Assembly: GCF_006345805.1 (NCBI RefSeq)
Contig: NC_042997.1
Location: 29,326,001-29,390,000, forward strand
DNA from: Octopus sinensis
Taxonomy: Eukaryota
Direction of reading: 5' to 3'
DNA: 64,000 nt
Below are positions 54,200 to 64,000 of the stretch, one piece after another. Below the pieces are notes generated by a model. The model ran no database searches, had not been told where the DNA came from, and was given only the letters and a program-made list of their open reading frames with translations. Within the stretch, counting starts at the first letter, position 1. Each line of letters begins with the position of its first letter. The position numbers and the translations under genes are program-made.

Positions 54200-55381
54200 C
54201 ACTCATAGAACTTGACGAAATGGGATTTGTCTTTCAGCATAATACACCATGCGGTCCACGATTTACTTCCATCGGAGATGCAATTCTTAGACCTCACTGG
54301 CGCAAAGCTTTCATTTTTTGGGTCATAAACATCTTCAACATCATATATAACTTCAGCATTACAACTAAATGTTGGCGAGCTGATGATAGTCAGATGGGGC
54401 CAAATCCAGATAATAGGGAGGTTGATCAACCAGCGCCAAGCGACAGTGACGCATATCAGCCATCGAAAGCAAAGATTAGTTGCTGGAGCTTTTTCCTGGC
54501 AGTTTGGACTTGATAGCCTTTCGTAATTATGTCAGCAAGCTGGCACAGTACACTCTAAATGTGTGGTCATTTTGATGATAATCAATAGACACAGCGCTGT
54601 TTGCACTCCACCAAACTAACTTTTATGAGAGGAAATGGCTCTTGCTTACATTTAGAAGAGGTGAGGAGTGGCGTTTCAACGACATGGATTCTCTGAATGC
54701 AATGGAAACGCCACTGTTTCAAATTGATGAATCCCAGACTCATCCTAGTTTCAGGAGCACCCAAGGTAACAAGCTGGGTCTTCATCAGACAATGTCAGAT
54801 TTTCGCTTGTTGTGATCAGCCTGTTGCGCTTTTGATCATGCGCCGGAAGACGTAGTAACACTCGAACAGAGGCCTTCAATGTGCCGCATTCATTGTAGAA
54901 AAAGTTTTCCACTCTATTACGGGAAATGCTAATGGCGAGTTGATTTATTGCCCGTCACCTGTCCTCCATCTTAATGTGGTGAATATGATCAACGTTTTCG
55001 TCAGTGGTGGCAGCTGTAGGACGTCCAGACCTTTGGTCAGCTTCAGGACTGTCTGTTACTCTCCTAAATTCAGCTACCCACGTTTACACTATTGATAAAG
55101 CTGGAACGTAGTCCTCTACTGTAGCAACCGTGTGTGCCTGAATGTTTTCGGGGGTTATGTAGGTATTATGATAACAACACGATGCCACATTGATTTCAGT
55201 TTCAAGACGAGTCGATAGTAAGTTACACTTGACGACTTCTTTGAAGAGACAGATGTCAGTTTACCTAGACCAAACTATGAAGTTATTAATAAGAAGCGTT
55301 AAAATCAATGCATGCAAAATTTCACGGCTCTAACATCAGCCTTTCATACTCAACCTAAGACGTTTTCCACCTACCCTCGTA
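54200..55381 (-). mobile_element. Highly degenerate mariner
   Basis: Minus strand: terminus tacgagggtagg at 55381, TWVAEFRR...RSGRP, LRKAIKSKLPGK and PPYYLDLAPSDYH. Confidence 0.75.
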
Positions 55382-56014
55382 GGTTGCGGTAGAAGCGTAC
55401 TACACATTGATACACACGATAGCAAAACTCATTCTACAAAGACATGCACACCTCGCAACTATTCAGCAACAGAATCGCAAACATGCCCCATCACGAAAAC
55501 GTAATATAATATACGTTTGCACAAAATGTTATATTCCCCACCAACACTTAAATATGATAACGAATACGATCATGCATGCGAGGTTTCCCCCCATTAACAG
55601 TTAAACCGAGTACCTCTAGCAACCGATGTGTTTTAATATGGCTTGACACTGTCAGATACAAATGTCTGTATAGTTTGCTTTTTTAAAATCTTTTGCTTTA
55701 TTTACTTTCCAATATGTTCTTTCTTCATTATGATTAAGCTCTCTTTTTGATCTATAATTTTTTTGTTGAGTGCATAAACTAATAATTACATTTAGTTTTC
55801 ACTTAATCATACTATTTGAAGCAGAGTTCACAAACCAGCGACATGGATCAATTGAAAATAAACGTGCGGAAATGTTCAACTATTTTGTATGATAAGTACG
55901 CTTCGAAGCAGTTAATGTGGGCATAGTGACGAACTCAGATATGACAGCACGATTAAATATGAAGATATAGACCAGAAACAGACACAATTATTCAGACGCC
56001 ACAAACACCGCTAC

Positions 56015-56086
<72 letters not shown>

Positions 56087-56087
56087 T

Positions 56088-56121
<34 letters not shown>

Positions 56122-56219
56122 ATGTGTATATATGTATATATATATATATACATATGTGTGTGTGTATGTGTGTATATATATATATGAGTATATATGTATA
56201 TGCACACACAAACACACAC

Positions 56220-56267
<48 letters not shown>

Positions 56268-56399
56268 TAATACAATGTATTACTTTGCAGTAAAATAAAG
56301 CACAGAAAAGTTAGAAGTATAAATATAAATATAAGGTAGTGGTACAAAAAGGCACCAATGTTTACCGGAAATAGCAGTCGATACATTTAAGTCTCTATA

Positions 56400-56430
<31 letters not shown>

Positions 56431-56456
56431 TTATATATATATATATCTATATATAT

Positions 56457-56499
<43 letters not shown>

Positions 56500-59024
56500 A
56501 TATATATATATATATATGTATATAATACATATATATGCATACATCTATATAGACACACATACACACATCTGCATTATTAACTGAAATTACATTGTTTGTG
56601 TTAGTAATATTTATTAATGATATTATATAGAGTCATTTACGCTTTGCCGACAGGAAAATAGATTGCGTACTTTTTTCATATATTACCCTCTCATGTTGAA
56701 CAATAGTAAAATCCAATACCTTTTATCAATATCCTAGATCTCTCAATTTATTATCATAATCTGCAATATATTCCATCTTATTGCATAAGTCTTTGTGTAC
56801 AACCGATATGAACTTATTTTGTCTGTATTATATTTTGCGCATACATATTCATTAATAACATATCCTGATATAGATAATATAGTTCTATGCGTATGTATAT
56901 ATTTATGTATGTATGTAGGTAGGTATGTATGTATGTATGTATGTATGTAATGTAGGTAGGTAGGTAGGTAGGTAGGTAGGTAGGTATAGAGGGATTGATA
57001 GACAGAGAGATATATTATTACATACGCACATTTTTTGATTGTTGCATTTGAACTGATATTCATTTGCTCAAATAAAAGAAAATCATCACATCAAACTGTC
57101 GAGAGCTTAGTAACTTTTCACTACAATGTGCTGCAACTTCACAATTATGACAGTGAAATTATGCTAATAAATATGATAATGTTTCGATTATGAAGCTTAA
57201 AATTCTATTTCATATGTAGATTCTGCAAGGGGAATTTTTCATATTAAGATGTACATTAAAGAGTTAAGAGCGAATATCAGCTAAATTGTAGAGAATCTAT
57301 TCTTGAATTTGCTGCTGTCATCTCGTAGACAATAGTGAACCTGGTTTTCAAAATGGCATAATATATAAGAGAGTTCAAATTCTAAGGAAACAATATTCAC
57401 TTTAAATCAAATCTTAATTTTAATTCTCCTGCCTAATATATATGTGTATATATAGGTAAGCAGAGTTAGCGGTTACAATATCCGACCAAGGGATAAAATA
57501 TCCATATATACTATCAGTACCAGTTACCCGTGTTATATCAGGGCATGGATCACTCATGGATGCTGACAAGGGGATTGCTTATGCCACAGTTGACTAGGAG
57601 GCTAACTATCTTGCCCACTCCATTTTGCCTTGGCTGTCCATGATTTTCCCTATCTGTCCAGTTACACTTCAATGACAGGATGACAGGTTTTTGGTCGTTC
57701 GGATGAGTTGCGGTTGAAGATCATCAGCAAACATCCCAACCTTAAAGCTCTTTGGGTTTGGTGAGAAGCGGTCCAAAATAAAGGAGATAAACTTGAGCTA
57801 TGAGGAGGCTGAATTCCAGGACGTCATACTCATCATCCAACCCGCCTCAGTGTCAGCGTCCCTCGTCCCACACAGAGGGATGTTGTCTCATATTGCACAC
57901 CCAGCGGTCTTCACGCCGAGGAATAGCTGTCACTCTATGCAGTATAGCATGCCACCCTTTGACAGATCGCCTCAGTGATACAGATATCCTTTTCTGTGTT
58001 CTGTTGAGCTGCTCTGCAATGTTAGTTCTGACTACCCACGAAATTCTTTAACCTCTCTTCTACTTTGAACCTGGCGTGACAGGCCTGACTTCCCTCAATC
58101 CCCAGTTATACACTCATCGACGACATGTCATGGGATAACTGAATCCGATGTGTCCCTTGAACTGTAGTCAGCTATGGCCAATTGGGCCGTTGAATACCTT
58201 GCCGTCCTCCAGAATATAGATATCCTATGTAACTGAGGTGAAATCAAATGCAAATCTCTCTTCGGGAAGATTGAGACTACCTTACAACAGCAACACCTCA
58301 TCTGCCTCCGTTCTGCTACGTAGCCTCAATTTAGTTTCTTCCTCATCAACAGTACCTTTCTTGAGGATGAATGCACTCATATTGGACTAGCCCACCATCT
58401 CGTTTTTCCACGTGTTTAAGCTGCATAAATGCTGTTGTACATTTTCAGCCGAAGAATTTGACCTACATTCGTTTGTTTTCTGCAGCTATATTGCGAACCA
58501 CTTCCTTCACACGCCATTTTGAACGATATCATCTGAAGAGATCTCGACTCCTGTAATAACTGGAGACAGTAGATCATTGGGTGGTGATGGTGAGCACCCC
58601 GACAAAACAACTCACTTCCTATACGAGAAGGGTAAATCCCTACTCTGGTACGCGACGTACTGCGAAATGTTACCCATCTCTTATCTTGCTTCATCGGCCA
58701 CTAACCCGGGTATCGATGACCGGAAAGCAGAGGAGAGAAAGATGAAAAAAAAAGCTTTTCTAATTTAAAAATTTTCTTTGTTATTTTTCTACATTTTCCA
58801 TCGTGTTTTCTTCATTGTTCAGTTCTTTTATCTTTCATTCTTAGCTTTTTGTTTCCTCATCGCTAATTCCTAACTTCTCAAATATCATTTCCTTCTACCT
58901 GTTCATTCCTCCTAACTTAGCTTTACTACTCTTAGCATAGCACCCTTTCTCATGACCCTACTAACCCTGTTATCTCTCTGTAATAAAGATAAAAAGTTCT
59001 CGAAGCATGACCAGTTGCTATTTG

Positions 59025-59186
59025 TTTGTGCTGGGCAACGTCGAGGCTAGTGGTGTTCTTGGATTTCGCACTACTGATTTCTTCCGCAAAATCGGGATAA
59101 TAGCAACACGTCTTCAAAATGAGACCCAGAAAGCGGGATAGTTGTTGCAGCGAGTATTGCTGACAATTCTTCGCAACAAGACCGCG
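59025..59186 (+). mobile_element. Possible remnant of a restriction-like endonuclease domain (CRE/R2-type non-LTR element)
   Basis: FVLGNVEASGVLG...FFRKIG...*LLQRVLLTILRNKTA loosely fits the FxPxxVExxGxxG...LxQRxxxxIxRxNA pattern. One stop; short match. Confidence 0.35.
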
Positions 59187-59960
59187 TGGCGCGGTTAAAC
59201 ATACAATTCGGCCTGGTGTGTTAACCTGATATTCTCTTTCCCCAATCTTTCATGGCTTAATTCTTTCAAACAAGCAATTGCTTGATATTTTACTCGATAT
59301 TTTTCTCGTTCGTTTTCCTGTTGAAATGTCTTATTTTCTTTGTTCGAGTAGGAAAATCTAGGTGGCTGAACGTCACAAGATTTGTGGTTTTTATTATAAA
59401 AGATCAACAAACAAGTGTATGGAAGGCTGGAAGTAGACATACTGACTTCGAAGCCCCTAATATGGAAGAATGAAATTTTTAATATATTGTGCTTCCAGAA
59501 TTCTTTTCTTGAAAATTTTAACTTTTATATTTTTAACATTTTGTCTTTCTTCCCGTACATATGTTGCTAAATATAAATTCATTAAATAAACGAAAAAAAA
59601 TAAAAGGACAATCCCAATGTAGGAAGTGAATTTTGTAATGTTTACTGCCACATTTACATTAAGAATGCATTTACAAACATTTCACGTTTAAAACATTTGT
59701 GTCATCTATTTATACCTTTTACCTACCGGGATCAATGTTTTTCTTATACCAGGAGCAATAACATAAAATTCTAATAAAGAACAAAGGTCGATTTATATCG
59801 GGATACAAAAAATAACATTTAAACATGTTATATTTTATATTTTATAACATTTAAACATGTTAATTATTATAAATGAAGTTATATCGAGACGGCTTCTGAA
59901 TTATCAGCATAAGACAGAATTGTAGATACATTTTATAGAAAGAATTTATTTACGACCACG

Positions 59961-59991
<31 letters not shown>

Positions 59992-61134
59992 TCACAGATC
60001 ATAAGAAATACTATATATTCATGTCAGTCTAGCAGTTAATCTTGAGATAAGTTATATGAATATCATATTTTGAATTCTTTTCGTCTTTTGTTTCTTTGTT
60101 GTTGTTGTTGTTTAGGAGAGTTTAATACAGGCGTACTCGATGTATTATGCAATAAACTAGTTCCAAACCGATAAAGATTATTCCTTTTATTCAAGTGGTG
60201 TCGTGTCTCCGTACAGCCGCTTGAAGCGAATTTCAATGGAATTAACGTTTTCATATTTGTAATTCTAGTCTCAATATTATGCTCACTTTAGGAAAAGTGA
60301 AGGAAGAATATAATCTATTACGTTCCAAGTAGAGAAACAACAGGACGAAAAATGCCCCAAGACAATGGACATTACAAAACCGGTAAATGTCTCATGCTCA
60401 GAGACAGAGAGCTGGGCAAAAGATAATTGCAAATGTTAAAGTCCTATCCTTCTTAAACCAAATTTATTATATCAGTTCTTTTCAATCCCATTATTTTACA
60501 ACTTTACGGACATACTCGAAGTACTATCTATGAAGGTATGTGTGAGTGTGAGTGTTCTTTTATGTTTGAAATTTGCAATTATAAGTTAAGAGCAAAAATA
60601 TCATCAGACAAAAGATATACAATAAAAAAATTACATGTTGACCTCCGCTTAGCTCACACTGGCAGATGAAATATATGGAGTTATTTTACATTCGGTTTTT
60701 GGGTGCGCGTAAGTGTAACGATTTAACTTGGATATAATAAGAAATTTAGTCAAATGAATAAGGTAGAATGAAATAAAACAATATAAAAAGTATAATGCAA
60801 TAAAAATAAAAAGTATGAAATGAGAAAGAATACAATATTCATATATATATATAAATACGTACGTACATATATACATATAGATATATGCAAAAAAGTAAAT
60901 ACAGGCATATACATACGGGAACAATTATAGACATATAATAAGAAAATTAACATACAGACCCTATGTTTTAATCAGTGCCCATTGGTTGGGAAATTTAAAT
61001 TAGTTTACATGGGTTTAAGCGTGTCAGAAAATATCTAATCATAACGGTTTCTCAAGATATGCGAGTGCTTGGACTTATATGGTAACAAAAGACTCCCATC
61101 AATAAACACACGTATTTATATGTATACATATATA

Positions 61135-61165
<31 letters not shown>

Positions 61166-61181
61166 ATATAATATATATATA

Positions 61182-61258
<77 letters not shown>

Positions 61259-61261
<3 letters not shown>

Positions 61262-61865
61262 CATAGAACCACTGTCTCACCCATTGGGCCATTGATTGAT
61301 GATAACGGCATTCCCCAACACGATGCTAAAGAAATGGCAGAAATACTGCAGAAACAATACTGCTCTGTCTTTAGTGTTCCCACTGATATTGACGTAAGAG
61401 AAGCGAACGAAGTTGACTCTCAACATAGAATCTCAGACATAACCTTCACTGCCACTGACATCATAGCAGCAATAAATGAGGTCAAATACTACTCTGCTGT
61501 AGGCCCTGATAGATTCCCCGCTAGTCTCCTGAAGGAATGTAGACACCAACTTGCAGTCCCTCTGACCAACCTCTGGAGAAATTCGTTAGACGCAGGTTAT
61601 ATACCGAAACAGTTTCTATCCCAGTTAGTCACACCGTTTTTCAAACAGGGAAATAGATCCCTCGCACTCAACTATCGCCCAATCTCACTCACCTCCCACA
61701 TCATTAAAGTGTTTGAAAGAGTGTTAAGATCAAGGATAGCTGACTTTCTGGAGACCCACAAACTCCTAAATGCAAATAAGCATGGCTTTCGCTGTGGCAG
61801 GGACTGTCTAACACAGCTCTTACACCACATTGAAGATGTACTCAAAGACTTGGGAACTAGATGGT
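61259..61865 (+). mobile_element. Internal CR1-type LINE ORF2 fragment (pre-RT and RT N-terminus)
   Basis: 191-aa open frame with SAVGPDRFP, NYRPISLTSHIIKVFER and HGFRCGRDCLTQLL. Starts at the end of a (TA)n run and is truncated before the catalytic motif. Confidence 0.9.
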
Positions 61866-62081
61866 AAATGCCGAATTTTATCCCCAATTTTTGTGGCTAT
61901 AGAACCTAGCTCTTCTTTCTAGCGTGTAGAATCCCTATAAGTTGATTTCTTATATATTAAGATATACACTATATGGTCTGACTAATATATAGTCTTTTTG
62001 ACTAAATTTTTATACACGTTAGACCACTGGAAATGTAAATTTTAATTAAATTCCATTTCCCTTTGATATGATTAAATACTA

Positions 62082-62134
<53 letters not shown>

Positions 62135-62136
62135 TG

Positions 62137-62188
62137 AAGGCGGTACCCCAGCATGGCTGCAGTCAAATCACTGAAATAAGTAAAAGAG

Positions 62189-62190
<2 letters not shown>
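62137..62190 (+). mobile_element. Isolated SINE A 3' tail
   Basis: aaggcggtaccccagcatggctgcagtcaaatcactgaaataagtaaaaga between (TA)n runs. Confidence 0.8.
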
Positions 62191-62245
<55 letters not shown>

Positions 62246-62446
62246 ACACATATTGTAGCTTTGTGGGTTTGTGAATTTGTTACTTTAACGTCTTTTAGAC
62301 TACCCAGTCTCGTCGAAACTTGACACGTGTGTGGGCGGTGGTATGTGATTTTTGATCGCACCGAAAAGCTGTCGCTGGATATAATCTCCTTTTGCGGCAG
62401 TCGGAGCTGTGTCAAACATGACCCACCACCTGAAGTTTTGACACCT

Positions 62447-63429
62447 TTAGATATATGGTCCTACATCTCTCATAAAGTAAATCTGGAGGAACTGTAGTTG
62501 TTCGTTTGTGTGCAACAGGGAACCAATGAGGTGATAGACTTGCCTTTCAACTTTGAACGCTGACATAAATCCATGTTCAACTATCTCCTTAGATGTACCA
62601 AACAATGTCTTATGTTTTCTGACATTGTGCAAAAAATCCTTTGATCCAGAAGATCCATAAAAGGCTGAAGAGGAGCTGATAGTGCTGGCAATCTTTCCTT
62701 ACCGCTTGAGCAGTGCATGCCATTAGTTTCTTTTGGAAATTTTAAGGATTTTCAGAAATGACAATTTGAGTTTAGTCCGCTGTCTAGTCATTAAAATATT
62801 GTTTTAATGAGTCGATATTAAGTGCTAATCTTGGGAGAATGTCTCATCTCCCTTTTGCATTGAAACTCCATCTGACGTGTTCTAGCATGCCTTTGCTGAT
62901 CTTGGGAAAGTCTCATCTTCCTTCTGTCTTAAGACTCCATTTGATGTGCTGCAGCATGCGTTTGCTGATCTTTGGAAAGTCTCATCTCCCTTCTACATTG
63001 AAACGCCATCTGACGTGCTGTAGCATGCCTTTGCTGATCTTGAGAATGTATCATCTCACTTTTGCATTGAAACTCCATTTGATGTGCTGCAGTATGCCTT
63101 TGCTGATCTTGAGAAAGTCTCGACTCACTTCTGTCTCGAGACGCCATTTGATGTGCTGCTGCAGCACGCATTTGCTGATCTTGGGAAAATCTTATCTCCC
63201 TTCTGCATTGATACTCTCTCTGACGTGCTGCAGTATGCCTTTGCTGATCTTGGAGAAGCCTCAACTTCCTTCTCTCTTGCGACTCCATTTGATGTGCTGC
63301 TGCATGCATTTGTTGATCTTAGGAAAGTCTAATCTCCTCTCTCTCTTGAGACTCTCGCCTTCGGTTTTCTACAATCCTCTTTCCTTCATCCTTGCTTCTG
63401 GAGAAGTTACGTCTATTCTTTGGTGGCAT
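62447..63429 (-). mobile_element. Helitron Rep/helicase 5' fragment with 23-aa N-terminal repeats
   Basis: MPPKNRRNFSRS start at 63429, ~69-bp repeats, then KFPKETNGMHCSSGKERLP and FKVERQVYHLIGSLL...FLQIYF, matching Helitron N-terminal motifs. Frameshifted. Confidence 0.8.
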
Positions 63430-64000
63430 ATTTTTTTCAATTCTGTGAACCACAAATTATGAATACAGTAAACTCTATTATTTTAAGCAGTTGTATGTAA
63501 TATGTCTTTATTTTTCTATGCAGCATAAATCAACCAAATATAATCAACATGACCAAATAGCAGCACGCGTATGAACTGCTAATTTAACGGTAAATTTGCA
63601 ACTGCTTTGATAATTATTAACTAGTAATTGATCGGTAAATGTGTATTTTTATATACCTTGGACCAGCCACCGCATTGTTTTTTGTTAAGAATTTCACCTC
63701 CAGCCGTTCGTTATTTCATTCAACACATATGCAAACAGACCATTTCGCTGTCGTAGTTGCAAAGACGGGAATTTGCCGATGCGTATTGTTGTTCATATTA
63801 GGATAAACTTAGAATTAAAAGTGAAAGCCTAATAGTGAAACAATATTATAGTCTTATAACATTAGAATTAAAAGTGAAAGAATAAAAGTGAAAGACTATT
63901 ATATCGCATTACAATGTAGATGTTATTCTTTCAGTTTTGACATGTAATACTGAACCAGTTCTAATGTTGTATTGTTTTAATCGAAATAAAAAAAAAATTC

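Noticed and set aside
57450-58720. GC-richer block, possibly a decayed non-LTR element
   Set aside because: No motif could be read in a consistent frame, so no family call is supportable.
60325-60390. Possible 50-60-nt exon ending in CCG/GTAAAT
   Set aside because: Good donor but weak acceptor, two open frames and no recognisable peptide; such matches are expected by chance in 64 kb.
62835-63350. CRISPR-like or pure satellite reading of the regular repeats
   Set aside because: Units are contiguous coding repeats without unique spacers, in a eukaryotic Helitron context.

Overview
Eukaryotic, AT-rich, microsatellite- and transposon-saturated window with no confidently identifiable host gene, so probably intergenic or a large intron. 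The SINE families and (TA)n/(ATT)n/(AGAT)n load resemble an octopod cephalopod genome; this is inference from memory, not a database match. Contents: three decayed CR1-type LINE pieces, a near-intact 5'-truncated RTE LINE with an 8-bp TSD, three Penelope-like element (PLE) remnants, four Tc1/mariner relics (Tc1, DD37D, DD34D and another mariner), a Helitron 5' fragment, several SINE families, two large foldback elements and one 100-N assembly gap. Most short ORFs in the track are microsatellite artefacts. Highlights: (1) a 2.6-kb composite at 40179-42754 bounded by a 12-bp direct repeat, with two back-to-back tRNA-like Pol III heads at its symmetry centre and inverted hammerhead-ribozyme-bearing tails at both ends; (2) eight hammerhead-like motifs from four families; (3) a SINE and a CR1-type LINE sharing a 3' tail hairpin with compensatory changes; (4) a SINE flanked exactly by a ~130-bp direct duplication. 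All structures were read by eye; none was computationally folded or searched.
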